Assembly: GCA_965213925.1 (NCBI GenBank)
Contig: OZ243927.1
Span: 96,001 to 160,000, forward strand
DNA: 64,000 nucleotides
Direction: 5' to 3'
DNA from: Trueperaceae bacterium
Lineage (GTDB): Bacteria > Deinococcota > Deinococci > Deinococcales > Trueperaceae
Both the position numbers and the translations under genes were made by a program. The notes beneath the pieces were generated by a model that saw only the letters and a program-made list of their open reading frames with translations, did not search any database and was not told where the DNA came from. Shown here in pieces: positions 38,372 through 48,384 of the stretch (positions within the stretch are counted from its first letter, which is position 1; every line of letters begins with the position of its first letter).

Positions 38372-39304
38372 CTACTTATTGTCAGCGAAACCGTCAGTTA
38401 GAAACTCGAGTATTACCCTATTGACCTCTTCGGGCTTTTCTTGGTGAACGAAGTGACCTGCGTCTAGCATCACCGTCTTGGGTTCCGTCTCCGTCCACTC
38501 GTGGTTACGCGCGTGCCCCGAGGCGAGCAAAAACTGGTCTTGTGCACCGTGAATCACGAGCGTGGGCGCTTGCACTTTAGGTAGCGCAGGGTTGACCTCA
38601 TAAGGCTCGCGCGGATAGTTCACCTCATAGAACGACGACACGGCGCGGTGGTCGGTGCGGGCATCGGCAACGGTGTAGAGGAGCCAGCCGGGTGGGTCGC
38701 GCAAGACGCCTAGAGGCCCGACGCGGAAGAGGGCGCGAATATCGGCGTCGCCGCGCTGCATCTTGCGGGCGTACTCGCTCGCTTCGTGCTGCGCGGGGTT
38801 CGCGGTGAGTTCTTCGGCAAACGCATTGGGGTGGGGCACGCTCAAGATGGTGAGTTTGTCCGTCATTTCGGGATGCAAGGTGGCGAAGAGCCACGCGACA
38901 AGTGCACCGGAGTCGTGTCCAACGATATGTCCACGTTCGTACCCCTCTTGCCGGATGACCGCCGCGACATCTTCAACCACGTGCTGCGTTGCGTAAGCCT
39001 CTCGTTCTTCGGGTTTGTCTGAACGGTTGAAGCCGCGCTGGTCAACTGCGACGACGCGAAAGCCCGCAGCCGCGAGAGGTTCAATCTGTTGCCGCCATGA
39101 GTACCAGAACTCGGGAATACCGTGAACGAGCACCACCAGCGGACCTCTTCCCAAGCTGACGTAGTGCGTTTTCACGTCGTTATGCTCAGCGAAGTTGTGT
39201 TCGATACGTCCTGATATGCCGCCGAATATACGAACTGCGCCACTTGCCACGGCGACCGAAGCCAAAGTAAGACCTAGAAAAGTAAAGATACGTCTTGAAC
39301 GCAT
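38372..39304 (-). CDS. Alpha/beta hydrolase, epoxide hydrolase-like
   Basis: HGIPE.WYSW, DQRGFNRSDKP, GHDSG (Asp nucleophile), AGHFVH. Confidence 0.88.
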   Translation of the reverse strand: MRSRRIFTFLGLTLASVAVASGAVRIFGGISGRIEHNFAEHNDVKTHYVSLGRGPLVVLVHGIPEFWYSWRQQIEPLAAAGFRVVAVDQRGFNRSDKPEEREAYATQHVVEDVAAVIRQEGYERGHIVGHDSGALVAWLFATLHPEMTDKLTILSVPHPNAFAEELTANPAQHEASEYARKMQRGDADIRALFRVGPLGVLRDPPGWLLYTVADARTDHRAVSSFYEVNYPREPYEVNPALPKVQAPTLVIHGAQDQFLLASGHARNHEWTETEPKTVMLDAGHFVHQEKPEEVNRVILEFLTDGFADNK

Positions 39305-39306
39305 TT

Positions 39307-40293
39307 TTATGCCTCCTGAGGGGCTCGAGCCGAACCTCTTCTGAAAATAATAGCGAGGGCTGACAGAACAACTACGGCGACGATAGACCCAAATACCCCT
39401 ATCGTCAAGGCGTCCGGTTGAATGATGGGCTGCGCCTGGAGCGCTTGCCAGGTGACGAGCAGCACAACACCCAAATAACCCGCTGACCCCGTCCACACGA
39501 GCGCGGTTTGTTGACCTCGACTCAGCTTGCTCAATCTGCGGCGGCGCGTCACGAACCAGCCCAAAAAGGGAATCACTTGGAGCGCGTGCATCCCGATAAA
39601 GTGACCGATGCGCAGGTCGCCCCCTTGGGTGCTCCAGTTGACGAAGGGTAGACCCTCTCCCCCATCCGGCACGCCGACGCTGTGTGCACCGACGATAGTA
39701 ACGGGCTCACCCGTCTCCCACTGCGCCATCTGCAACGCGGTTGGGTTCGTCATCAGATAGCCCAGACCCATGCCGATGATCGTAATGATGAGCCCTAAGC
39801 GGAGCGACCAGGCGAAGGCGGGGTTGTCGAAGCGCTCGAGCAGCAAAAGCCCTGCGATAACGAAGTTGGCAACCCATAAGATCATGATAGAGACCGCCAT
39901 CAGCCCCCAAAGCGCGGCGTCGAACGTCGAGGAGATGTTGAAGTGACTTGTCGTGCCTCTTGCTGCTTGCGTCACGATACCGACCCACTCAGCGGCAAAG
40001 GTCAGCGCCACTGTCCAGCCGAGGATGTTCACGAGCCGTTTGCGCCAGAGTTTCTCCGTGCGGATAAAGCTGAGCAGCCAAAGCAGCGTGAAGGTATAGA
40101 TGCTCACCGAAATGGCAAATTTGGTCGGCTTGAGCCAAGCGGGGAGACCCGTGATGACACGCTCGTCTAAAAAAATGCCCGCAGTGAAGAAGGCGAGGAG
40201 TCCGAGGGTCAGAAAGCCGGAGACGGTCAAGGGGGCGTGGGTGTGCCAGAGGCGGCGGATGAAAGTGGTGGGGTTAGGCGGGTTTAAGGTCAT
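39307..40293 (-). CDS. Hypothetical multi-pass membrane protein
   Basis: About 8 TM segments; WLKP.KF, QAARG..SHFN, GAHSVG..DGG.GLP, GDLR..HF.G.HALQ. Confidence 0.8.
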   Translation of the reverse strand: MTLNPPNPTTFIRRLWHTHAPLTVSGFLTLGLLAFFTAGIFLDERVITGLPAWLKPTKFAISVSIYTFTLLWLLSFIRTEKLWRKRLVNILGWTVALTFAAEWVGIVTQAARGTTSHFNISSTFDAALWGLMAVSIMILWVANFVIAGLLLLERFDNPAFAWSLRLGLIITIIGMGLGYLMTNPTALQMAQWETGEPVTIVGAHSVGVPDGGEGLPFVNWSTQGGDLRIGHFIGMHALQVIPFLGWFVTRRRRLSKLSRGQQTALVWTGSAGYLGVVLLVTWQALQAQPIIQPDALTIGVFGSIVAVVVLSALAIIFRRGSARAPQEA

Positions 40294-40325
40294 CGTCGTA
40301 CTCCTTATCGTTTGGCTCTAGCAAA

Positions 40326-41096
40326 TTAGCTTTGACTCAGTGAAGTTTTAGGCGATACGGCTCGAGGCGACTCGCTCACCTGTCTCAGCCAGAAGTTTCT
40401 CAGCGTGATGATGTGAATGAGGATGCCGAAGGGCGGTCCGAAGAAGAGTGGAATGAGCGTAATGGGGAACATGGGCACATACCCAGCAGTTTCAAAGTTG
40501 AAAATGGCTGCTGACGCGGGCGCAACGATGAGGTCGAGGATGCCGAAGGCAGTCCAGGCGACAAAGAGCCACTTGTAGCGTTCACCACCGCGTAGGACAA
40601 GCCAGGCGACGGGCAGCGCGAAGACGCCCGTGAGGATGTCACCGTAGCCTGCAGGATACGCAAAGCCGCGCGTTACTAGCCCTTCTGTCATATAGGGGAA
40701 GAGAAAGAGAAAGCCGAGCACGCGGTAGAACTGCAAGGTGATGAGCCAATGCGTAGGAATAGCTCTGATGAGGTCTCCAACAACCTTCGTAAACGAGAGC
40801 AGCGTACCCCCAATGATGGGGATAAGCGCGAAGAAAGCGATGTCTCTGAAGTTGAGCGGACCTGCTTGACTGGTCGCTAAAGCAGCACCGAACCAGAGGG
40901 CGATCAAGCCGAGCAGATACCAGTGCGCCTGACTGCGCAGGTGGTTTTTAAGCCCTCCTGTGCGCGGTGCTTGTGAGCGCTGCGCCGAAAGCGCGACAGC
41001 GTAACCGACGAACGCGCCACACGCCATGAGGACGAAGACGCCGCTACCTATAAGCGTAAATGTAACCAAGAAGTTCTGAGTTCCTGAAAGTGTCAT
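40326..41096 (-). CDS. Hypothetical multi-pass membrane protein
   Basis: About 7 TM segments; LQFYRVLG, AGYGDILTG, GILDL motifs. Confidence 0.75.
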   Translation of the reverse strand: MTLSGTQNFLVTFTLIGSGVFVLMACGAFVGYAVALSAQRSQAPRTGGLKNHLRSQAHWYLLGLIALWFGAALATSQAGPLNFRDIAFFALIPIIGGTLLSFTKVVGDLIRAIPTHWLITLQFYRVLGFLFLFPYMTEGLVTRGFAYPAGYGDILTGVFALPVAWLVLRGGERYKWLFVAWTAFGILDLIVAPASAAIFNFETAGYVPMFPITLIPLFFGPPFGILIHIITLRNFWLRQVSESPRAVSPKTSLSQS

Positions 41097-41117
41097 TATT
41101 TGTGTGTCCTTCCTGAA

Positions 41118-42554
41118 TTAACTGCGTAGGGTGGAGGGGCGGGCTTGGAGGCTCTGAATGGCTTCGGTTGAGAGCGCTAAGTCAGCAGGCGTGACCTCGC
41201 GGCGTAACGTGTCTTTCAAAGTTCCCCGTAAAACCCGCACCACCGCGCTCGGCTTCATCAGGGAGGAGGGCGGCTCCATCATGTTGATCATCCGCTGAAA
41301 GGTCGCGCTTAAAAACTCGTCGTGAAGGGCTTGCTTTAAGAAGAGGTCGCCGTAGCGGTGGATGAGGCGTTTGCCCAAACCTGCGTCTGCACCATTGAGT
41401 TGGACCCCTTGCCAGCGCAAATCTTCACCCGTCGCCACCATCCAGGGAGCCGCGACGACTTTAGAAACTGCCTGCTGAACGCGCCGCGCGAAGCGTTCGC
41501 TCGTCGTATCCGAAGAGGTGCGTAAGACTTTTTGTAAAGCGAGCGCTTCCAAAGCCCGCGTCGTGATGCCCTGCCCATAAATTGGATTAAAGGCGCACAC
41601 TGCGTCGCCCATAACGATGAAGCCAGCCGGACGCCTCGAGAGCCTTTCAAAGTGACGCAGCCTGTTCGTCGGCGTGCGGTAGCCGCGAATCGGGGTGAGC
41701 GGCTCCGCGACGCGAATCGCTTCGTAGAGGCTGGGGTCAGGCAAGTCCTTTGCCCAAGCCATAAAACCGTTTTCGTCCGTCGGGGGAAAGTGACCTGCGA
41801 AGCCGCCCACCGTCACGTGCCACACACCGTTCTCAATCGGCAGGATGAGCCCCGCTCTCGGGTTGTGCGGCGGGCGTCCGTTCATCAAAAGACCTGCCCA
41901 CTCGGAGGGGAAGTTCGCGGGTTTTTTGTAGTAGCGCGAGGCGTAGCCCAAACCGGAGTTGATGACCTCTTCGGGGGGCGCGTCGTAGCCTAAAGATTCC
42001 AACCATGTCGGCGCTTTTGAATGCCTACCGCTTACGTCTACAACGAGGTCAGCGTAGAGCGTTTCGACCTCTTGTGAAGCGTCTCGGTAACGCACCTGAG
42101 CGCCCATCACGCGGTGCTTATCAGGCGTGGCGATGAGCCCCGTGACTTCGGCTTGGCTGATGAAGGTGACGTTGCTGGTCTCTTTAAGACGCTCTCTGAC
42201 GTGATGCTCGAGCAAAACCCGACTCGCCCAAACGCCTTCAGTGTCCTCCTCGTAGATAGGCAGCTTGCCCGCTGGCGACACCACCACGATAGGTCCTTGG
42301 GTGGTCGCGCCCGCCTCACGCAAATCCTGCATGATGCCAGGGAAAAGCTCCGCGATAATCTCTTGACCCCGCATCAAGATGCCGTGCGCGTGGCGCGACT
42401 GCGGGACGCCGTTTCTATGCTCGGGCGTCTCGGGAAAGGTGTCGCGGTCTAGGATGGTGATTTTGTCGAAGCGTTCTGCGAGCACTCGCGCCGCGAGCAG
42501 CCCGCCCATGCTTCCGCCGATAATCAGTGCGTGTTTCTGCTGGACTTTTTTCAT
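41118..42554 (-). CDS. FAD-dependent monooxygenase (epoxidase-like)
   Basis: IGGSMGGL, GVPQSRHAH, DLVVDVSGR, GDAVCAFNPIYGQG. Confidence 0.9.
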   Translation of the reverse strand: MKKVQQKHALIIGGSMGGLLAARVLAERFDKITILDRDTFPETPEHRNGVPQSRHAHGILMRGQEIIAELFPGIMQDLREAGATTQGPIVVVSPAGKLPIYEEDTEGVWASRVLLEHHVRERLKETSNVTFISQAEVTGLIATPDKHRVMGAQVRYRDASQEVETLYADLVVDVSGRHSKAPTWLESLGYDAPPEEVINSGLGYASRYYKKPANFPSEWAGLLMNGRPPHNPRAGLILPIENGVWHVTVGGFAGHFPPTDENGFMAWAKDLPDPSLYEAIRVAEPLTPIRGYRTPTNRLRHFERLSRRPAGFIVMGDAVCAFNPIYGQGITTRALEALALQKVLRTSSDTTSERFARRVQQAVSKVVAAPWMVATGEDLRWQGVQLNGADAGLGKRLIHRYGDLFLKQALHDEFLSATFQRMINMMEPPSSLMKPSAVVRVLRGTLKDTLRREVTPADLALSTEAIQSLQARPSTLRS

Positions 42555-42597
42555 TATCTACTCCTTTATTGAACTTGAGCGAGAACGGCTTAAATTT

Positions 42598-42614
42598 ACT
42601 TAACGGTGTAAACT
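42598..42614. promoter_or_regulatory. Probable TetR operator upstream of the monooxygenase operon
   Basis: ACTTAACGGTGTAAACT, 14/17 match to the palindrome at 43307. Confidence 0.7.
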
Positions 42615-42635
42615 AGCAGTCAAAAAATTTTAGTC

Positions 42636-43292
42636 TCACCCCCCTTCGTTCAAAACGCGGTGCATGTTGTTTTTGTAGAGCGCGAAGGACACCTCGGCGT
42701 CCTCGCGGGTGTAGTGCGGGTCGTCCACTAAAGCGAGCGAGACGATGCCGTGAATCCCGCTCCAGATGAAGTTCGCTAAGGTTCTCGTATCACCATGCAG
42801 ATAGCCCGCGTCGATACACTCTTGAACGGTTCTGGCTAGATAACCGAAGCTGTCGTCAGGGGGCATATAGCCCTCGGGCAGTTCCTCCATACGTATGTCG
42901 GTGCGCTGCATGAACATGAGGCGGTAGTTTGCAGGGTTCTCTAAACCGAACTTGAAGTACTGCTCGCCTAATGCCTCGAGCCTCTCCCTCGGGTCGTCGC
43001 TGCTCTCATACCCTGCGCGGAGCATCGCGCCGAAGGTCTGAAAGCCCTCTAAGCAGACGTGCAAAAGCAGTTCGTCTTTGTCTGCGAAGTAGAGGTAAAT
43101 CGTCGTGGGCGAGTAGCCGACCTCTTCGGCGACTTGACGCAGGGAGAAGCCCTCGTAGCCGTGCGCTAAAAAGAGGTCTTGCGCGGCAGTGAGAATCGCG
43201 CGGCGCAGCTCCTCTTTTTGCTTGGCGCGGCGTTTGGCGCTGCGCGTCTGGATGCGCTCATCTCGAGTCTTAGAGTCTTCAGTCTTAGTCAT
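42636..43292 (-). CDS. TetR/AcrR family regulator (WHG-type C-terminal domain)
   Basis: FSLRQVAEEVGYSPTTIYLYF HTH; WSGIHG. Confidence 0.93.
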   Translation of the reverse strand: MTKTEDSKTRDERIQTRSAKRRAKQKEELRRAILTAAQDLFLAHGYEGFSLRQVAEEVGYSPTTIYLYFADKDELLLHVCLEGFQTFGAMLRAGYESSDDPRERLEALGEQYFKFGLENPANYRLMFMQRTDIRMEELPEGYMPPDDSFGYLARTVQECIDAGYLHGDTRTLANFIWSGIHGIVSLALVDDPHYTREDAEVSFALYKNNMHRVLNEGG

Positions 43293-43306
43293 TACGCTTA
43301 TACTTT

Positions 43307-43323
43307 ACTTAACGCCGTTAAGT
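43307..43323. promoter_or_regulatory. Probable TetR autoregulatory operator
   Basis: Perfect palindrome ACTTAACG-C-CGTTAAGT next to minus-strand TTGACA (43325-43330). Confidence 0.75.
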
Positions 43324-43566
43324 TTGTCAAGAGGTCGGAGAAGTGCCTCCCGCTAGCAAAGGGTTGCAACCCTTCATTCATATTCAGTGAGCATTCCAGA
43401 GAAAACTACTTCCGTAAGAGGAGGTGGTAACACTTTCCTCTCTATCTAAATTCAAGCTCTAAAAATGGAAAAGGCTCGGCTAGAACGGTATTTCATAACG
43501 TGAACACCGCGTCAGTTTTTTGTCAGAACCTGAGCGCTACACTAGCGCAGTACTCGGGAGGTACCC

Positions 43567-44088
43567 ATGAACAAAATCGCCCAGAAACTCCTCGCCCTCT
43601 CCTTTATTGCCCTCCTCCTTAGCGCGTGCGGAACTGCAGGAATCTCAGTAAGCCAGCAACGCGCCGAAAGTCTCCTCGGCGAATGGTCGTTTAGCCACCC
43701 CGATGCGTCTCCTAGCAGCCAATCCTACAGCTTCAATATCCTCGAGCAGAACTCAGAGCTTCCCGACAGTTATGCCGTTTACGGCGCGAGTGGTAGTGGC
43801 GCGGACGCTTTCGCTATGTACAATCCAGAAAGCACAATAGCAGAAAAGTACATTGTCGGCGAGCCTGGAACATGGGTAAACCATATCTACGTATTCAAGT
43901 TCGACCTATCTAACCGTGTTTCTGGATTTTATGGACAGTTAGACGCTGTATCAGGAGAGGTCATCAGCTCGGTCAGCTTCACCGGTGTACGCAGCGGCAC
44001 TAACGTGCAAATGACCTCGGTTCAGCCCGCTTCTCCTTACGACGTTGAAAAGGTTCTCGAGGCGTATAAGAGCATTCGCTCGAAGTAA
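43567..44088 (+). CDS. Hypothetical lipoprotein
   Basis: Lipobox LSAC, GGAGG RBS, terminator downstream. Confidence 0.75.
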   Translation: MNKIAQKLLALSFIALLLSACGTAGISVSQQRAESLLGEWSFSHPDASPSSQSYSFNILEQNSELPDSYAVYGASGSGADAFAMYNPESTIAEKYIVGEPGTWVNHIYVFKFDLSNRVSGFYGQLDAVSGEVISSVSFTGVRSGTNVQMTSVQPASPYDVEKVLEAYKSIRSK

Positions 44089-44104
44089 GGTCCAAACACA
44101 TCAC

Positions 44105-44132
44105 AAGCTGGCGCTCAGGCGTCAGCTTTTTT
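44105..44132 (+). terminator. Intrinsic terminator
   Basis: AAGCTGGCGC-TCAG-GCGTCAGCTT followed by a T run. Confidence 0.7.
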
Positions 44133-44188
44133 AATATAGCGACTCATAACGTTACGAATTCGGTGAAGATGCTACGCTCCACCTAGTC

Positions 44189-45358
44189 ATGCTCTTCACC
44201 CGCGCCAAGCTCGAGAAAGACGAAGCCGCCACGCTCGCGCCTTACGCGGCGCATTCGCGCGGCTCCAAAGGTCGCCTCTACCCCGAGGAAGAGGCGGCGT
44301 ACCGCACGGCGTATCAAAAAGACCGCGACCGGGTCATCCACACGAGCGCGTTCCGGCGCTTGGAGTACAAAACGCAGGTGTTCGTCAATTACGAAGGCGA
44401 CTACTACCGCACGCGGCTCACGCATACCTTGGAGGTGGCGCAGGTGGCGAAGAGCATCTCGAGGGCACTGGGGTTGAGCGGCGACCTCACGGAGACGGTG
44501 GCGCTCGCCCACGACTTAGGGCACCCTCCCTTCGGACACGCGGGCGAACGCACCCTGAACCGCCTCGCGAAAGAGGAGGGCGGCTTCGACCACAACAAAC
44601 AGTCCTTGCGCGTCGTGACGGAGTTGGAAAAGCGCTACGCGGACTTTCCAGGGCTCAACCTCACCTGGGAGACCCTGGAGGGCATCATGAAGCACGAAGC
44701 GACGCCGCTGCTCGAGATACTGCCCGACACGCTACCGAAAGCCGACTGGGAGCCCGACAAACAGCCGACTTTGGAGGCGCAAGTCGTCAACGTCGCTGAC
44801 GAACTCGCGTATAACGCGCACGACCTGGACGACGGGCTGCGCTCAGGACACCTTACGGGAGCGCAGATAGAAGAGGTGCCGCTCGTCGGCGAGTTGATGC
44901 ACTCGTTAAAGATTAACCCACACGCGCTCTCGAACGAGACGCGCTACTTGCTCATCCGCAAGCTTTTAGGACGGATGATCGACGATACGATTCACTGCAC
45001 GCACGCGCGTTTGGAAGAGGAGGCGGTAGGGTCTTTAGAGGAGGTGCGCAGAGCGTCCCACACGCTGGTCGGCACCTCGCCCGAGATGAACGAGGAACTG
45101 CGCGTCCTCAAAGACTTCTTGTTCAAAAACCTCTACCGCCACTACCGCCTGATTCGCATGACGAAAAAAGCGGATAGGATTCTCGAGAGCCTCTTCTGCG
45201 CCTATCTGGAAACGCCGACGATGCTGCCCTTTCACCTGCAGGCGAGGGCGGAAGAGAGGGGCGTCGTACGCACGGTCACGGACTATTTGGCAGGGATGAC
45301 AGACCGCTTCGCGGGCGACGAGTACAAGCGGCTTTTTGATCCACACGCTTTGACGTAA
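44189..45358 (+). CDS. dgt: Deoxyguanosinetriphosphate triphosphohydrolase (HD family)
   Basis: DRDRVIH..AFRRL..KTQVF, RTRLTHTLEV, AHDLGHPPFGHAGE, DYLAGMTD. Confidence 0.95.
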   Translation: MLFTRAKLEKDEAATLAPYAAHSRGSKGRLYPEEEAAYRTAYQKDRDRVIHTSAFRRLEYKTQVFVNYEGDYYRTRLTHTLEVAQVAKSISRALGLSGDLTETVALAHDLGHPPFGHAGERTLNRLAKEEGGFDHNKQSLRVVTELEKRYADFPGLNLTWETLEGIMKHEATPLLEILPDTLPKADWEPDKQPTLEAQVVNVADELAYNAHDLDDGLRSGHLTGAQIEEVPLVGELMHSLKINPHALSNETRYLLIRKLLGRMIDDTIHCTHARLEEEAVGSLEEVRRASHTLVGTSPEMNEELRVLKDFLFKNLYRHYRLIRMTKKADRILESLFCAYLETPTMLPFHLQARAEERGVVRTVTDYLAGMTDRFAGDEYKRLFDPHALT

Positions 45359-45472
45359 AAGTTTAGCGATGAGTACTCTGTCAAGTAAGAAATGAGTCAT
45401 GTCATTAGGGCGTACACATGTACGCTAACGGAAGACGCGTTCGGCCCGCCCTCTCTACTCTCGAGAGAGCAG

Positions 45473-45501
45473 TTGACATCATCTATACCGTTCGGTATAA
45501 T
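45473..45501 (+). promoter_or_regulatory. Consensus sigma70 promoter with overlapping palindromic operator
   Basis: TTGACA-17bp-TATAAT; TATACCG-TT-CGGTATA at 45484-45499; GTG start 7 nt downstream. Confidence 0.85.
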
Positions 45502-45508
45502 CTTCGGT

Positions 45509-46096
45509 GTGGCAGTAGAGACGACCTCTTCGGAACCGCGCTCGCGCCTTCTGCGCTGCGCCCTGGACCTCTTCGCGGAGCACGGCTACGACGCGGTCGG
45601 TGTGCAGCGCGTGGTGGCGGCGGCTGGCGTCACCAAGCCGACGCTCTACCATCACTTCGGCAACAAACGCGGGCTTTTAGACGCGCTTTTAAACACGCAT
45701 TTTGCACCGTTCAACGAGAGGTTGCGAAGAGCATCGGCGTATCATCATGATCTGACGCAGACCTTAGAGGACGTTAGCGCCGCGTACATCGCCGCGTCTT
45801 TGGACGAGCCGAACTTCACCAGACTGCGCTTAACCCTTCTGTTCGCGCCACCTGAAAGCGAAGCGTTTCGGGCAGTTGCGCCCTGGTTAGAAGCGCAAGA
45901 GCGCCTCCTTGCTGAGCTTTTCGGGCAGGCATCTGAAGATCACGGCAACATGCGTGGGCGGCAGCTCACGCTCGCCTTGAGCTTTTTGGGCGTCCTCAAT
46001 ACCTACGTCGGACTCTCCCTAAACGGCTCCTTGACCCTAGATGACGCGACCCGAAGCCAGATGCTTCGCGGCTTCATGTACGGCATCTTTTCGTGA
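45509..46096 (+). CDS. TetR/AcrR family regulator (leaderless start)
   Basis: HGYDAVGVQRVVAAAGVTKPTLYHHFGNK; FMYGIFS C-terminus. Confidence 0.92.
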   Translation: MAVETTSSEPRSRLLRCALDLFAEHGYDAVGVQRVVAAAGVTKPTLYHHFGNKRGLLDALLNTHFAPFNERLRRASAYHHDLTQTLEDVSAAYIAASLDEPNFTRLRLTLLFAPPESEAFRAVAPWLEAQERLLAELFGQASEDHGNMRGRQLTLALSFLGVLNTYVGLSLNGSLTLDDATRSQMLRGFMYGIFS

Positions 46097-46117
46097 GCAA
46101 ATTTTTTTACCCGCAAC

Positions 46118-46133
46118 TATACCGAAAGGTATA
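46118..46133. promoter_or_regulatory. Second copy of TetR operator, upstream of the GH13 gene
   Basis: TATACCGAAAGGTATA resembles TATACCGTTCGGTATA. Confidence 0.7.
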
Positions 46134-46147
46134 AAAGGAGAACAAAG

Positions 46148-47494
46148 ATGAAGCAATCCTTCCAAGACACAACCGTCTATCACATCTATCCGCTCGGACA
46201 GCTAGGCGCACCTCAACGCAACGACTTCTCTTCAGAGCCTACGCCGCGCCTAGCGGAGCTTCACGACTGGCTTCCGCATCTGAACGAGTTGGGCGTTAAC
46301 GCGCTCTATTTAGGACCTTTGTTCGAGTCGAGCGCGCACGGCTACGACACGGCGGATTACTACCACGTGGACAGGCGGTTAGGTACAAACGAAACGTTGC
46401 AAACCTTTTCTAAAGACCTCCGCGGACACGGTATCCGTCTCGTGCTGGACGCGGTTTTCAATCACGTCGGGCGGGACTTTTGGGCGTTCAAGGATGTCTT
46501 AAAGCACGGCGAGACCTCTTCCTATAAAGACTGGTTTCACCTCGACTTCGGTGTGACGAGCCCGCAGGGTGACCCCTTCGGTTATGAAGGCTGGAGCGGC
46601 AACTACGACCTCGTCAAACTCAACCTGAAGCATCCCGATGTGAGAGCGCACCTCTTTGACGCGGTGGCGGCGTGGGTGCGTGACTTTGAGATCAGCGGTT
46701 TGCGACTAGACGCGGCGGACGTCATGGATTTCGACTTCTTACATGAGCTTGCCCAGTTCTGCAGAAAGCTCGAGCCGGACTTCTGGCTGATGGGCGAAGT
46801 GGTTCACGGCGACTACAGCAAGTGGGTCAACCCCGACATGTTGGACTCCGCGACGAACTACGAACTCTACAAGGGTCTGTGGTCGAGCCACGCGGACAAA
46901 AACTACTTCGAATTGGCGCACTCCCTGAAGCGTCAGTTCGGCGAGGGCGGCGTCTATGAAGGGCTCAACCTCTACACCTTTGCGGATAACCACGACGTCA
47001 ACCGGGTCGCGAGCAGCTTGGAGGAGCCCGCGCACCTCTACCCGCTCTATACGCTTCTCTTTACCGTACCCGGCGTGCCCTCTATCTACGCGGGCAGCGA
47101 GTGGGGGCTTTCGGGCAAGCGCACGAATACGAGCGACGAAGCGCTAAGGCCGAGGCTCGAGCTACCTGGAGCTAAGGCGCACGCCCCCCACCCCGACCTC
47201 GCCGACCTCATTGCCAAGCTGACCCGCTTACGGCGCGACTCTTCCGCCTTACAGAGGGGCAACTACCAAGAACTTTTGGTAGACCACGAACAGCTAGCCT
47301 TTCTGCGCGAAAGCGCCGAAGAGAAAGTTGTCGTGATGACGAACGCTTCTGAAGAAGAGGTCACGCTAGACCTGAAGTTGCCCGCTTCTCACGCTCACGA
47401 CTTACTAAATAGCGACGAGCACTTTGACATGCGTGAGGGTCAACTCTCGATTCCCGTTTCGCCGAGGTGGGCCAGAGTCTTGCGCCTGTCGTAA
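46148..47494 (+). CDS. GH13 alpha-amylase family hydrolase (neopullulanase/cyclomaltodextrinase-like)
   Basis: HGYDT, DAVFNH, GLRLDAA, GEVVH, FADNHD. Confidence 0.93.
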   Translation: MKQSFQDTTVYHIYPLGQLGAPQRNDFSSEPTPRLAELHDWLPHLNELGVNALYLGPLFESSAHGYDTADYYHVDRRLGTNETLQTFSKDLRGHGIRLVLDAVFNHVGRDFWAFKDVLKHGETSSYKDWFHLDFGVTSPQGDPFGYEGWSGNYDLVKLNLKHPDVRAHLFDAVAAWVRDFEISGLRLDAADVMDFDFLHELAQFCRKLEPDFWLMGEVVHGDYSKWVNPDMLDSATNYELYKGLWSSHADKNYFELAHSLKRQFGEGGVYEGLNLYTFADNHDVNRVASSLEEPAHLYPLYTLLFTVPGVPSIYAGSEWGLSGKRTNTSDEALRPRLELPGAKAHAPHPDLADLIAKLTRLRRDSSALQRGNYQELLVDHEQLAFLRESAEEKVVVMTNASEEEVTLDLKLPASHAHDLLNSDEHFDMREGQLSIPVSPRWARVLRLS

Positions 47495-48384
47495 TTCTTG
47501 TCGCGGCGCGGACCACGTTTTCCGGCGGGGGCGGGACCGACGGACTCGAGGTCCACCCCCTCAGGATAGGTGCGCGTCGGCGGCAGCGTATAGGGCGTGC
47601 GGCGTGGCGGCAAAGCCAACTGCGCGAGGGCGCGGTGACGCAAGCTTTTGAAGATCACCTTTTCTATCCAGGGTCGCGGCGCTGGCAGCCCGAGAGCGCC
47701 TCGCATAGGGGCGTCCATGAGGCTCGCTGCGGCGTCTTTGCCTACCTCGGCAAGAGGTCGGCGCACTGTTTTTGGCAGCCATTTAGGAAGCACCCAGCTC
47801 ACAAAGAGGTCTAGCGTCGCGTCCGCTAAAAGCTGGTTGTTCGGGCTGTACGCAAAGTGCTCACGCTCGTACGCTACGTTATAGGCCTCAAACGCCTCGT
47901 AACTTTCCGGCAGGTCATGGAGTCCCATGCGCCGCCCTACCTCGCGCCAGAAGTAAAAGCCCGCTTGTTTTTCGTGCTCGTGGAGCGGACGCCAGCCGAA
48001 GCGGGCGTTCCACCTGATCGGCTCGTAGATAAAGGTGCTCAGCACGTAGAGAAATTCGTCGTTCGGAATCTTGTAGCGCCCGTGGAGCTGGTTCATCCGC
48101 CGGATCGCCCGCGCGCCTAAGTCGCTGCTGTAGCCGTGTGAACCGATCGTACTGATTAAGATAACCGTGTCGTCATATCGCTTCTGGGTGCGCTCGGTGA
48201 GTTCTCTCGTGGCCACCAGGAGGCGCGAACTGCGCGGCACGCAAAAGGTGCGCACTAGCGCGAGTTCGTAGGCGCGCCTCGTGTCGAAAGGGAAGTCAAA
48301 GGCGCTGCTCAAAAAGGCGATGCGCTCGTCGTCCCTCTCGGGGTGGAGGGTTTTGATTTGCTCGAGGATGCGGTAGCGAGACAT
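47440..48384 (-). CDS. Oxygenase MpaB family (DUF2236) protein
   Basis: KRYDDT, RMNQLH, YVLSTF, VGRRMG. Confidence 0.8.
   Translation of the reverse strand: MSRYRILEQIKTLHPERDDERIAFLSSAFDFPFDTRRAYELALVRTFCVPRSSRLLVATRELTERTQKRYDDTVILISTIGSHGYSSDLGARAIRRMNQLHGRYKIPNDEFLYVLSTFIYEPIRWNARFGWRPLHEHEKQAGFYFWREVGRRMGLHDLPESYEAFEAYNVAYEREHFAYSPNNQLLADATLDLFVSWVLPKWLPKTVRRPLAEVGKDAAASLMDAPMRGALGLPAPRPWIEKVIFKSLRHRALAQLALPPRRTPYTLPPTRTYPEGVDLESVGPAPAGKRGPRRDKNYDRRKTLAHLGETGIES

Noticed and set aside
44189..45358. dGTPase as an anti-phage defence gene
   Set aside because: Looks like the ordinary housekeeping dgt, with no defence-island context
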